64,000 bases of DNA from the NCBI GenBank assembly GCA_965644295.1, contig CBFFRP010000431.1:186001-250000 (forward strand), written 5' to 3'. Every line of letters starts with the position of its first letter. The first letter of the stretch is position 1. Below are positions 50,473-63,873 of the stretch, in pieces. The stretch comes from Paraphysomonas bandaiensis. Taxonomy: Eukaryota; Protista; Chrysophyceae. A program made the position numbers and the translations under genes. The notes under the pieces are model-generated. The model ran no database searches. It worked only from the letters and a program-made list of their open reading frames with translations, and had not been told where the DNA came from.

Positions 50473-53462
50473 ATGAGTAAATTAAAATTTCATGTTATTC
50501 ACTGTAGTAGTGAACATGAAGATTATCCTGCTATAGAACTCAATATACATAGTGCAACTACAAAAGGATGGCAATCAAGAAATTTCTGCGAATATCCACA
50601 AGAATTAGGGTTTTCTATTGATACAGAGCATACACTACTATCACAAATTCAAATATTAAGTCATCAATCTAAAATATCTAGTAAAATAGAAGTATTTATA
50701 GGACAAGGTGATGAATATCATACAGCAGTATATAAACGTTTGGGATATTTAACACTTGATAGTAATGAAAGATCTAATCATCAAGCACGTGAATTAAAGA
50801 CTGTATGTATTAATCATATGGGATCATATATTCGTCTTGTTATACATCGTAATTATGCAAACAAATATAATCATTACAATCAAGTGGGTCTTGTTGCTGT
50901 TAATTTTATTGGGGAACAATCACATATAGCAGAGAAGAAGAAGAGTCATGATAATCAATCAGTTGTGAAAGGCATACCATCTGGTCCTTCAGGTTCTTTA
51001 CATGATCTGTCAATAGATTTGAATTTAGATCATGTTACTGCTAAGAAATTACGACAATTGGCAGATGCGAAAGCACATGCTGTCTCACAAGAGGATTATA
51101 AGACTGCGAAAATTATTAAAGCTGTAGAAGGTGAACTTAAAGTTCTCGGTGCACGGTTAGCCCAACTAGATATAGCCAAGCGTCAGGCGGTGAGTGCAGA
51201 AGACTATGATAGAGCTGCAGCACTGAAAGATGAAATCGATTCTTTGCGACATGAGATTCAGAACAAGATTGAACGTACACATGTAGCTGGGATGAAGGAC
51301 AGTCCACGTGACCCTGTGGTTGCATCACCCTTTAGGGCAGAGGACTCACCTAAGTCGTCCCCGCGCTCATCTCTACCGGTAGCCAGTCCTCGCTCATCTC
51401 GATCACACACGAGTGGTCAGAAGACTCCCCTTGATGTGGACGCGATGGTTGTTGGTGGGAGTAGCAGAGGCGATTCAGGTACGAATGGCTTTAGAAAGTT
51501 ATATTTTGAATTACTATGCGTGATGCATTATTTGACTTATGTCGTGCGTAGACTATGGTAGTGCGAGAAGTTCACGACGTGAGGAAATACCTACAGATCG
51601 AGACTGCATTCAGGACGAAACATATGACCTAAATGAGGACAACAGTGAGTTCGACGGACAGAATCGTCCTATTCGGCCTAAGTCTAACTCCAGTTATGGT
51701 GACAGAGATCACGAGGTGGATGCAGTTGGTACGTCCGATTGCTACGACTATTGTGTGTTTCACTATTAAATAGGAACTGCGATTGAGAATAATATTAGGG
51801 GTGAAACCCCACAGGGAGAGCACCCTCTGGAGGGTGTTTCTAATCTCTCCGAGCTCCCGACACCCGAAGAACTTCATGGCGTCAACAAGTAAGTGAAGTG
51901 GCGGTAACTGTTTTTGTATGTACTGTATATATTGAGTAGGTAACGCATCACGAAATTGTGTATCTAGTCGTCTGTTTGCATGAGTTTTTGGGATATGTGA
52001 TTGTGATTATGCTACAGAGATGCAGCTGACTCCAGTGGTATGACGGCACTGTTAGGAGAATATAGAGCATCATGTATATTCAGTAAAGTATGGGCTCTGA
52101 GAGAAGCTGGAGTGAATAAAGCACGCTTGCTCCTGCGAGATGATCTAGCCAGCAAACCAGGAATAACCTCTTGCGTTGGTGTTATGTGTGCAGTTGTGAA
52201 ACCGGGCTTGACAGACAAAATTGCTCAAGTCTATTTCGCTTCACTCGGTCTCTTAGGCGACACCATTGCACTCCTGAACAAGTACGTATCGTTTTTGCAG
52301 TAGGGTATGGGATGATATAGTTGGTGCTTCAGGGAACAAGTACCTCGATCAGCGGCAGCTTCTTTCTTGGAGCCAATTTTAGGTACTCTCTCATGCAATC
52401 GGTTATATAGTTATACTAACTGTCAACTGGTGTCAGTGTCTCTTATCGATAAACTTAACGATGGCGCCTCTAGAATTCGCGATGCATCTAGAAAAATGAT
52501 TGAGTCGTTCGCATCTTGCCAAGCCGTTGGACCGGCTCTCGTGGCCAACCATGTTTTACGTCCTCTACCGCCCAAACAAAAGAATGCTTGGAGACCGGTC
52601 CTTGGACGTTTGCAGTTGTTATGTGACCTGGTTGAAGTGTATGGAGTTGGTGGTTCATCTGGACTAACTACGGAATCAGTAATGAATTATGTCAAATCAC
52701 TGAACGCCTTTTCACACAGTAATGGAGATGTTAGAGACGCGGCTAAATTTGTAACGGTCGCTCTACATAAGTTTGTGGGTGTAGAGCCGCTAGAGCCTTA
52801 TTTGAGTTTATTGCGAAAGAAACAGTTGGAAGAATATCATGCAGCTTTTTCTTCGCAGAGTGCTGGGTCAGGGTCTGCGTTCAATGATCGGACTGAAGCC
52901 GCCAGAGGTCAGGCACAACCAAAAATAGCAGGCGACCACAAGTTGAAGGGTTCAGTACAAACAACTGCAGCCAAATCAGCGGCGAAAGAGGATAGCAAGA
53001 CGGCCACCAAGGATGGCAACCCTGGAGGAGACGACGACTTCACTGTGTGTATGTTCTGTGGAAAGTCAGACAAGTCCTGGAACGAGGACGGACTGGATCT
53101 ACACTACTGGAAAGAGTGCCCTCTTCTGACTCCGTGTTCGGGGTGTGCCCAGATTGTTGAAATAGCTGGTTTACCAGAGCATTTATTGGATGAATGCGAA
53201 CAGAGAGATGCCTTCGTTGCGTGTGATACGTCAGGTACATGTTTCAATCACCGTGTTGTGCTATTTTTCATTTTGTGGAATAGGACTTGCAATACGTAAA
53301 GAAGAAATGGAAAAATGGAAAGCTAGCCCTAACTGTGTCCCCCCACCTGAAAATTGTATGTATTGTCCTCTCTGCTTGGTCTCAGTGGAGGACACTGATG
53401 ATGCATGGCGACAACACCTTCTGTACGGTTGTTCGAAGAACACACGATCATACACAGCTTGA
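50473..53462 (+). CDS. CEP104: Centrosomal/ciliary protein CEP104
   Basis: N-terminal jelly roll (GWQSRNFCEYPQEL, ILSHQSKISSKIE, NHQARELK), UVR-like coils (AVSAEDYDRAA), TOG helices, and zinc fingers CMFCG..LDLHYWKECPLL..CAQIVEI..HLLDEC..CPLC. Confidence 0.95.
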
Positions 53463-54211
53463 GTAGAGTTTATGATGAGTCTTTCTCCTGTTTTGTGTGT
53501 TTCTATTCGTAATTCATGATTAAATGTGCTTGGTTATAACATTTACTTTAGATAGTAGTAATTACAATAAAGTACTTATAAAGATATCCTTTGTCTTAAA
53601 TCGTCATAAAATATAGCATATGAACGCTTTCATATGATTTCAGTTTAATTTGTTACCACATTTTGCCACAACAACTCCACGGTAGTGACATACGCCAATT
53701 TTCATTGTTAATTTTAACAATTGGTTAACAATGAATTGATAGGCCTGCACCATCAAATATAATTGAGATTGAAGCAATTAATTAAGCAAGTCACCAAGGA
53801 GAGCTACTTCCACTATTTTGACATTGCTCCCACAGGTGTGGTCGGCTCATACGAAAAACATAAGTAATTCTAAGGTTAAAGATGACATGCGGTTACGTAA
53901 ATGTAAATTACCCATTGTAATTTTAGTTCTACTAAGCATACGCTTTACCATACATGACTCATACTACGATACTTAGTTTGAATAGTAGTTTTCTGTCCAC
54001 GCTTACATCATTGGTGATCTGCCAACAACTTCAGGGCTCTGTAGGGAAATGGCGTTTGTTAGAAATAATAAAATTAAAAAGGAAGTAGTATGATAATTGC
54101 AGGGCACTCGCGATATATACACTTTCGTTTTGAAAGACTTCTTTACAGCTTCCGCAATAGTTCTGGAACGGGCATTCAGAACAACACAAACAACACCTTA
54201 AATATTCAAGT

Positions 54212-55374
54212 TCAAACACACATGACGTACAAAGACTTATAATCAAGCATTGTGAGCAGATCCATACTCCTTTTTGAATTTACTCTTTCCATTGACCAAG
54301 TCGATATCTATCAGTATACTAAGATTTTCATTCATCATAGCTATGCCCCCCACCTCATACTGACATAGGTTGAAGAGTATAGCTCTTTACAACAGATATG
54401 TCTGATTCATTTCCAGAGCATATCAGCATATGGTTCCTAGGCACAAGGCGCCATTGATTAGATGGGGTGGCCTGGCAGCATCCAGGAGACCCGAAGCCAC
54501 CTTTGTTCAACGGCCCAGATGTAATTATAACCTCTCGTCCTCCACATGGCAGGAGATCGCTACTGGTAAAGTTACCCATATGGCCACAGAAGTGCGTACC
54601 AAAGTTGTAGTAAAGTGAAGGTGGTTGCGAATCGCAGTTGCGATAGCGGGAGGCCACAACGTGAACACCATCTGTAATGACGACATTGAGTGAGCATGCG
54701 GCCGTAATACCATGCACTTCACATAGTTTTATAACTTTACAGAATGTAGAATCCAAAGTGGCAGCTATATCAACAGCAGAGAGCTGTTCATCTTTAGATG
54801 ACAAAAGCGACAGAAAGAGGGCAAATATATGTTCGGAGTCAGTAGACCCTGAGAGATCTTGGTAACATTCAAACGATAGCATGTTACACAGATCTCGTTT
54901 TATCCTCAAAAAGTCTGGAACGCCCCCATTATGCATAAAAGTGTATCTTCCATATTTAAAAGGGTGACAGTTTTGAAAGTTTACTATCACTGGTTCTAAA
55001 GGGTTATGTCCAGAGGCTGCTGCACGAATATGTCCCAATATAACAGATGATTTAATAAACCTTCCAAGATTTAATATATTAGTATCTGACCATGCTGGTG
55101 TATGTGTCTTAAATATACAGCTCCCTTTACATATGGGCTCATCATCACAGTACCATGCAACACCAAATCCATCCCCATTAACTTTAATATTTCTCTTCGA
55201 ATATGGATCCTCTACACCTGATATCACTATCAATACAAGGGCTCTGTGTATGTATATATATATACCTGGATGATAAGTAGCATCTCTTGATTGTGAGAGC
55301 ATAGCATACTCAGGATCAACTAGAAGATTGCCTATATATATACGTTGACCTTTATAGAATGTAAATCGACACAT
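54212..55374 (-). CDS. Class II glutamine amidotransferase (Dug3/EgtC/YafJ-like)
   Basis: N-terminal nucleophile MCRF, NGDGFGVAWY, PAWSD, GHIRAA, NCHPF, FMHNG and GSTDSE. The 3' end is uncertain (54355 unspliced or ~54212 spliced). Confidence 0.92.
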
Positions 55375-56344
55375 TGTATATAACTATGATACAGTTAATA
55401 TATGAGTGTATGTATATAGAGTATATATGTATGTGTATGGTAATAGAGGGATATGTGTGTATGTCTATACATATGTTTCCTACGGTTCAATTCATAGTTA
55501 AGGAGATTCTATATATTGACATATGTAGAAAACTATTGAAGTGAATTGATACACACGTTTGTTCCTATCAATGTCATATCATACGACCAGACTTCTCACT
55601 TTACTACTCCTTGTGTACATGTGTCAATGTAGTGAACTGGTGTGTCCATATGTTTCTATGTTAAGATGTTATACATAGGAATACTAGTGGAATACAGGTA
55701 CAGTGAGCAAGTGAGTTCCCTTGAATTGGACCAGCCAATCAATAGTCTCAATTGTATAACAAACTGAAAACGATTGGATGGAAATATATACATATCTTAC
55801 TATCTATCTACACGGTTGCTATAAAGACTATATTACAAGTATTCATATTATGTTCTTTGTCAACTACACCACAAGTGTGTGTACAGATATAGATGTATCA
55901 AAGTACTATACTAAACAACTCGATTATGGTACAGGAAGTTGTTTACGATGTACAGAACTATTCGTACTGTAGATGTTGCACTGGGCTATATCGTCCTACG
56001 TTCAAAATGTTGACACGAGGGTAAAATTTAACGAAGGGGTGATACTCCTTATCCCTAGATCCTCATGATGTTTAAATCTTAATATCTAGAATGTATTGCT
56101 ATTTGTCGATTGCTTCATGTTGTTTCAAATCAATGGTATGTATACTGTACGCTTATATGAAATAGCAATTGCACTAAATCGACTCAAAACAATAAACCCC
56201 CAAATTTTGTAATAGCTACACAACAAATGTATTCCTACCACAGAAGGATACTGAGGGAATAGCAACTGCGAGTTTGTCAAACTAGTACATAAGTGTGATG
56301 ATGAATGCGAAAGTTTTACTCACACGAGGATTCTTATTGCCTTT

Positions 56345-56690
56345 ATCAGTATCATCACATTTATATACATGCTAAACCTCTGCTAGTGCACTTGATTTGA
56401 GTGCTGTAAGCATGATATGAGGCACACAATCTGATGAGCACGACATGACCTGGGTGCCACTGCTCCTATCAACCTACACAGCAACAGACACAGCACTTAA
56501 ACTCTGCTGTAATATTCTTGAAGTTGTTTCGAAGTCCAGGTTATGAAGACAGATTGCTTGCACAGATTTCATTATGATCTTCCATATCAGACGAAGTATG
56601 GAGTATGGAGTATAACTTAGAGTGTTCGATGCTCTGCTTTTGAAAGTTGGCTCATCATAGCAGTCTCTCTATAATTGTTTATTATAATTA
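56345..56690 (+). repeat. Degenerate dispersed repeat, copy 2
   Basis: Homolog of 18460-18790. Confidence 0.75.
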
Positions 56691-57338
56691 AATCACATAC
56701 AAATGACTGTCATATCATAATTGATATTTAAAATAGAATTGAGTTTCTGTTGAACCAATTATTGTAGTTTAACATCTATATCTGCTCGGTGTTAGCATGA
56801 CACATACCGAGGGAGAGGGACGACTGCTGAATTCAATTCAGGTGAAAAAACATGTTTTTTTAAGGCAAAATGGAAATAAGATATAACATTGTATGGAGAG
56901 AATGAAGGAATACAAATGGGGACTCTTACTGATGTCGATGTCACTCCCCATTTCCGAAGTGAACCTCACTGCTATGGCCTCTGTAATGAGTGGTTATATT
57001 TGAGCATAATTAACGATGAAGAAACATTTGAGATTTTGACAGGGTTCATTTTTATGTCATATATTATGAATCACTAATTTTAGGACCTCAACAAAAGTAA
57101 CACTGATATGTAAAAATATACAATGTATCATTAAACAAGAAATTGGCAAATAGACTTTCTACGTTCCAAAGGTCAATAGATAGCACATGAACTACGTCCC
57201 ATCAGTATAATAATTATTTATCCAGATGATTTAAATCAGCACATTCAGTAAACCAACCACAGAAGACAAATGCCACACAACTGTATCGACACCACAAGTA
57301 TTAGTCGGATACAACTGCTTCCTCAGCAAATTGGTTAG

Positions 57339-58500
57339 TTAATCCCGACTTGGGCTTCTCGCGGGACTTCCCCGATGACGCTCCGCCTCCTCACGGGGGG
57401 CTGGAGAAGGAGAACGGGAATCTCCGTTGCGCTCGTTGCGGCGATCATATCGCTCAGGAGAGTCCTAAATAACATAATATATCAAAAACAAACAGAAGCG
57501 ACATGAGAAATAAATATGCACTTACTCTGCGGGGTGGTGCGCGACCTCTTGAACCGCTTCTGGAACGCGAATGACGCCTATAGCATGCGTGTAACACAAG
57601 TACATACATCAATTAGAATGGTCACAAAAAGGAGTATAAAGAAGAGTGGTCGTGTAATCTTGCGATACGAATAGGCTTCATATTGCAGAGTACGTGTCTT
57701 TGGTATGATATCTAGCCATTCTACACTCTATCAATCTTCACTCTATTTTCACTCTTCCATATACATATAGCACCATCATCACATCTTGAAACTTGTATCA
57801 TATACTTCAACTTCTTAATATCTAAGCGGCAGAGTATCAAAAGTATATTTTTCAATTGATCCACGCCATTTAGAGAATATATAGGTGTTGTGAATTGTAC
57901 ATACGCAAACATTTCACACCTGCGTCGGTCATAGTCACGAGAGCGTGACCGAGATCGATCCCTGCGGCTTCCACGGTCACGGCTGCGGCTACGGCGGCGA
58001 TCTCTATCATCGTAGCGATCTCTTCCACGGCGGTCGCGAGAATCACCCCGACGAGGAGGGGGGGCATGGCGTCTCATTTCTTCAGGAGTCTTTCTATTCT
58101 CCTTAGCAAACACAATTTTGATGTCACGTCCATCCAGTTGACGTCCATCAAGATTTTCAAGAGCATCACTATAATGATTACATATATATTAAGACTAGTA
58201 TTTCTTGTTATACAGACCGTACCGTGCATCCCGACCATCGTGAAACTCAACAAAAGCAAACCCACGAGGTCTCTGTGTGTAATGATCAAGTGGAATATAG
58301 ACATCTCTGACATCTCCATATTTCTCAAACATTCTTCGAATTTCTGATGAACTGACATTATATGAAATATTGCGAACCAAGAGACTCGATGCTGATGTTT
58401 CGCCAGATGAATTACCACGAGGACGTCTGTCTCTATCCCCTCTATCCCCTCTATCTCTGTCCTCTCTCTCCATTGAATCGTCCTTGTAATCACGTGGCAT
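57339..58500 (-). CDS. SC35-like (SCL/SRSF10-type) SR splicing factor
   Basis: [49 protein letters not shown] signature and an RS/SP-rich tail. Four exons. Confidence 0.92.
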
Positions 58501-59045
58501 GATATTAATATATGGAATGTGTGTAGTTTAACACCTCCGTAGAATTATATTATAATTATATATGTATGTACACTCCCATACAATACGTGGGTATGGTATG
58601 TGATGTACTACAATACATGCAGTATCTCATATCATGTTTGTGGGGGTCGTACAACAGCAGGAGGTATCTACAGTACGTGTGGCTGATATCATTGCAGTAG
58701 AATATCCCTATCGACTCTGCTGTGTACACATACTGCGTATATATTCTATAGATACCGTACAGATTTTTCCATTTCTTCTACACATTTTTTCACAATCCCA
58801 TGAAAGTACAAGATTTTCAGGGTTTAAAATACCGCATTTATATCGCCAAATACAGACCTTTTTACAAGAAAAATACACCTATATGGGCGACTTTAAAACC
58901 AATGAGATTATAATACATACATATGATTGGATATTCAGAAAAATATTTTCGTGGTCATAAAGTTATGTGCATAGCAATGGATTGAGATAATATAACTGTG
59001 CATGACAAAGCTATAAATAACCTTGTTATCGTAGTATTTTCCGAA

Positions 59046-60446
59046 ATGATGCGATCAGCTACGCAGTTAAGACGGATTGGTGCAAGAAATCAATATTTTG
59101 TTCAACAGAAGCGCGATATTTGGCCTTTGGTTGCAGGTGGGATTGCCTTATTTGTTGTGGGCACTGTTGGCAAGTATGTCGTCCGTGCGCTCAACCGTGT
59201 TCAAGAAGAGAATAGCGGGTCAGATCCACATGATGAAAGTCCAAGAGATACTGAGTTAACTGAGGAACAAAAGAAGATATATACAAAGTATTTAGGAGTT
59301 GATATCGGTTCCGCTTTTGCGAAAGTTTCTTTTGGTGAAGATGGCAAGTGCGATATAATTGAGAATAAAGAAGGCGCCCGAGCTACCCCTTCTATATTAC
59401 TAAATTCTCCTGATGATATTGCTGTCGGCCAGTTAGCCCTTAAAATGAAGTGGATGAACCCCAGTAATGTGGCCTTTGGATATCACGTCTTGAATGGCCT
59501 AAACGGCTCTGACCCTACTGCTGCAGAGTATATCAGCAAATTGCGAGATGGTGAAAAGTGTGATGAACAAAGTGGGGAAATGGAGGTTTCTATGGTTGCC
59601 GGGGGAAAGTCATTCTCTGCTAGTCTACTACGAACTATCCTCGCCCAAGATTTATACCTTTCTGTTCAGTCCAAAAATAGTGGACTGCATACTCTACCGG
59701 CCATTATCAGTGTTCCAAACTATTTTAGTGCTGCACAGACGTCAGCTGCTATTCAATCCACTAGAGATGGGGGATTTGAGTGTGTGACTGCCTTGCCAGA
59801 TGCTGTAGCAGCTTTGTTGGGGTCCCAACACGGACAGAACGCAGACGTCAACTCACTTAGTGGCAAGTATGTTGTTGTCGATGTAGGGGGATATATCACT
59901 CAGATTAGTGTCGTAGAATGCGCAAGTGAAGGGGTTAAACCGGAAATTATCTCCCAGCGGACTCTCTTTAGTACTGGCGGTGAAGTGGTGAATGATTATC
60001 TTGTGAGTCATATAGCCAATACCTTCCACGAAAAAACGGGGATACAGTTGTTGACTGATAAAATGGCCAAGCAGCGTATTTATGATGCTGTAGAATCCGC
60101 CAAAGTTAACCTTTCTCAATCTGTTTCTTCAACAATTAGTGTTCCGTACATAACTGCAGATGCATCTGGCCCGAAGCATTTAGAAGTAGAACTTAGTCGA
60201 TCTAAACTAGAATCTATTATTGGTCCTCATTTCGAAAGTCTTGCCGGACCGATTAAAGAAGTACTACGTGAAGGAGGCATTACGGAATCTGATCAACTGG
60301 CTGGATGTGTGCTTGCTGGTGGAGGGGCCAGAATGCCACTTGTTCAGAAATTAATCACAGAGTGTGTAGGAAAGTCCCCTTCGGTCGTGGCAGAACCTGA
60401 GGAAGTTACTGTTGTTGGGGCCTCGCTGTACTCTAAGTACCTATAA
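59046..60446 (+). CDS. Atypical Hsp70: presequence, TM helix and DnaK-type nucleotide-binding domain only
   Basis: IIENKEGARATPS, VPNYF, VDVGG, QRIYDAVESAKVNLS, VPYITADASGPKHL and GGGARMPLVQ. Stops right after the NBD; intronless. Confidence 0.88.
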   Translation: MMRSATQLRRIGARNQYFVQQKRDIWPLVAGGIALFVVGTVGKYVVRALNRVQEENSGSDPHDESPRDTELTEEQKKIYTKYLGVDIGSAFAKVSFGEDGKCDIIENKEGARATPSILLNSPDDIAVGQLALKMKWMNPSNVAFGYHVLNGLNGSDPTAAEYISKLRDGEKCDEQSGEMEVSMVAGGKSFSASLLRTILAQDLYLSVQSKNSGLHTLPAIISVPNYFSAAQTSAAIQSTRDGGFECVTALPDAVAALLGSQHGQNADVNSLSGKYVVVDVGGYITQISVVECASEGVKPEIISQRTLFSTGGEVVNDYLVSHIANTFHEKTGIQLLTDKMAKQRIYDAVESAKVNLSQSVSSTISVPYITADASGPKHLEVELSRSKLESIIGPHFESLAGPIKEVLREGGITESDQLAGCVLAGGGARMPLVQKLITECVGKSPSVVAEPEEVTVVGASLYSKYL

Positions 60447-60746
60447 TCTGGAATTTTAGCATTCCAAAAAGCTATATTGTAGATGAAAGAGTGTGTTTAA
60501 TATATAATATATTGTGTTTATTGTGCTAGAGTTCGTTTTTTAAGAGTTGGATTGAAACATTTTAAAGAGCAACTCAGTGAATTGTTCGGTGAATTTAGCA
60601 CGTAATATGATAGAATTCCAATTTCAGAAAATAATACACTCGCACAACTGAATTATGTTAGTAATTCCACAAATTATTTCATATTATAGGAGTCACTAAT
60701 ATCAAAAGATGTAATCTAATTCTACGAACCAACTAATATTAGCCCA

Positions 60747-63700
60747 TCAAAACGTTCGACTGTATCTGCGAATCTCTTGCAGGATAGTTGAGGTTGTGAC
60801 AATATCTCTCATGAAAGCTGGTGGACGCTGCCATGCCTTTTTGATGACATCTTGGAATCGAGTGTAGTAGAGCAGTAGCTGGGTCAACACCTGCAAAAAG
60901 CACGTCAATCTATCTACGAGATAACAACTAAATCACCAATGGCTTCTATATTACCTGCTTTAATATTTCCATTCCATTCCGAAAGTTTGCGAAATATTTG
61001 AGGACATCATCATTTATTTGCTGAATACCCGTTCTCCATGTCGATGCAAATTCTCTCACCTACATAATACGGATTATATGCCAGAAAGAAAAAGAAATAT
61101 AGTTACCAAGGCCTCAACAAGTGCTTCATCTAATGCGAATCTGTCTGTTGATCCATTAGTAGCTGCAGCAGCCATAGCTTGTTCCGTCTACCAATACATC
61201 ACAACATTAGTCAAATATCATACCATGGCAACCATATTGACCTGCGTTACAAACGAAACCAATCGAGGGAATGTATCTTTTAGTGCCTCCTCCGCGAATA
61301 ACTCTCTTTGTTGCATCAACATATCCTCCAGTTTTTGAACCTAACACATTCATTAGACTCTTTAACGGAATGTATGACCCGTGTTGACCTCATCACTCAT
61401 CACTCGCCGCTCCTGAAATACCCCCAGCATCTGCATGTTACGATACATAAGGCAACACATGAAAAAATCAATAATATAATATCACCTGGTCCACATTATT
61501 AATAAAAAATACTTTTCGTTCCTTTGGGGTGGGAAGCTGAGAACCCAAACGCTCCAGTAGTCCTGATTGATATTGAATCAGTGCTGTCAAGCTATACCTC
61601 ATAGAGGACTTACCCACAATTTCGACTCTTATCTGCTGTAAGTCTGCGAGCAACATGTGTTCACCTCCTCCACCAACTCCAAACGAATCTGATCCCCGCG
61701 TGAGAGTAAGTACAGACGACACAAATTCTGCATATCGCCTGAAGCACGAATTACGTATAAGACAATATATGGCATGAAGTGACAGTAGAAGACTACAGTG
61801 TAATACAAGGTGTATCTGGAGGTACACACCGCGAGACATAATGTGGGGTCAAATCAATCGTGCCCAGCTTGCGATGGTTGGCGTTCTTGAGGCTTTTGAG
61901 GTTGGCATCAAAAACGTACTTGAACCGCGGCCAGAGCAGCATACACATTCGGTCAAAGAAGGAGTCTAGCACTGGAATGCGTCGTCGCTGCATAACTAAT
62001 CTTTGGGAGTGGGTAACCTTATTTATATAATCAGCGGAGCACATACGCGCTGGGACAAAATACCTTGATAATTAAAAGTACACCGATGGCATCATAGGTG
62101 TGCAGAAGATAGTTCTCGAGATTTTCAAGTAGCATCGAAAGAGTTCGCTTGAATATACTGCAGTGATCACAACACGTTAACTCTCACAACATATACAAGA
62201 TCATGTGACATCGGATGTACATATGCACAGGCTCCGTACTTGTTAAAAGTCTCCTGTGTATTTGTCTTGAAGAAGTCTACAACGAAGAGAAACTCACTCG
62301 TGGCCGCATCTGACAAATGCTTTATGACTGATCTCAGCAAAACCTCATATGGATACTTCTGCGCCTCCGCAGTTGCGACGTGCACAAGTATAGGCTCCGT
62401 CTCAATCTGATATAGCGTTAGGATCATCATCAATAGATCGTACAGAGGTAGACAGGGCCGTAACTGCAACTTCAGTACAACTGCAGTACCTGATCAAGAA
62501 TGCGGTCTCGCTCTCCTAGAGTAAACGCATCACTGCGTTTTGTTAAGTTCACTTTGTTCGAGAACATCGATCGTACGGCTGCTTCCTCCATGGCGATGAG
62601 GTCATGGCGGTCGGCCTTTACTTCATCCAGTCGCATAAGTTGATTGTAGTAGTTCTTAAAGAGATTGAAGATGGTTTTGCCCATCGTTTCAACATACCAT
62701 GATCTACAACAAAATAGATTTTAAAAAGTAAGTTCTTCACATAAAAATGATGGTAATTTAACTTGTTCATACCACAGCACGCTAGAACATCCATTATGCA
62801 CTAACCTTATCTCCTCACTACTTCCTCCTCCTTCTTGTTGTAAAAACTCAAGTAGAGGTGCAAACTTTACTAACGAGTTTTGTTGTAGTACTTGGACATT
62901 GGTCTTTGGTTTCCGGAGATCTCGAAACTTGGCAACAAAGTAATCTTTTATTTTCGAGATAGCTTTCACTTTCAATTTTTCTAGCTCAGGAAGAAGAGTA
63001 CGTCCCACATGTGTTTGGCCAGGAATCATGTCCAAAGAAGACCCATCCTTAGATGGCGCTTGTTGTTGTAAATATTTCAGCTTTTTACTCAAGTCAATAA
63101 CTGCATCGAGGAACTCTTCGTTGATCGGGGATGATGTAATTATTGCAGCCATTTCCGGATTGACAGCTGTATTATCGAGAAACTTATGAATGAGTTCTTC
63201 TGCTGCACGACGATTTTTGAGACGAATATTCATCGACAACGATTCGTCCTGAAGATGTTTTATTTCCTCAGATATTCCACCAAGGTCAGCCTGGAAGCCA
63301 AGGAGCATCTCTTGCATACGTGCTAATACAGCATCACAGTCTTCCATCTGTACATGCAACTCAGAAACTTCTTCACTATTCTCCATATACTGTGCAACAG
63401 TCTCTGCTTCCGCCTAAATACATAATCACAGTGAGTTATAACTAGTTATATCTCATACGTATATCTCATATATATATGTATACAGGATATTACCTCCTTT
63501 AACTGAGCGGTTAACTCTTCAGCATATTTTCTTAAATCAACACCACGTTGAAGAGCTTGTTTGACCATTTCATCTTCTTGAAAACGTTCTAAATCATCAT
63601 CAATTTCATCAAAATCAATATCTTCAGATGTTATATTGAGATTATCAAGATCTAGTGCAGTGTCTTCCTGTGTATCATGATCCACTGAATTAATTAATAA

Positions 63701-63757
63701 AGATCCATTTTCTTCTGTAGGAAAACGTTCTTCGGTAGGAAAAGAATTTATTGGCAT
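60747..63757 (-). CDS. VPS52: GARP complex subunit VPS52
   Basis: GVDLRKY, CDAVLARMQEMLLGFQADLG.IS.EIK.LQ, AFTLGER, LDSFFDR..MLLWPRF, PHYVSRRYAEF, FFINN and TQLLLYYTRF. Confidence 0.95.
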
Positions 63758-63873
63758 ATTGATATGAGGAATAGTGAGGTTAATTGGAGTGTATTGAGGT
63801 GTAGGATGATGATATGATATGAGTGCCTGTAAATATTGTGCTCTAGCCGGCTAGTTGCAAAGCTACTTTATAC

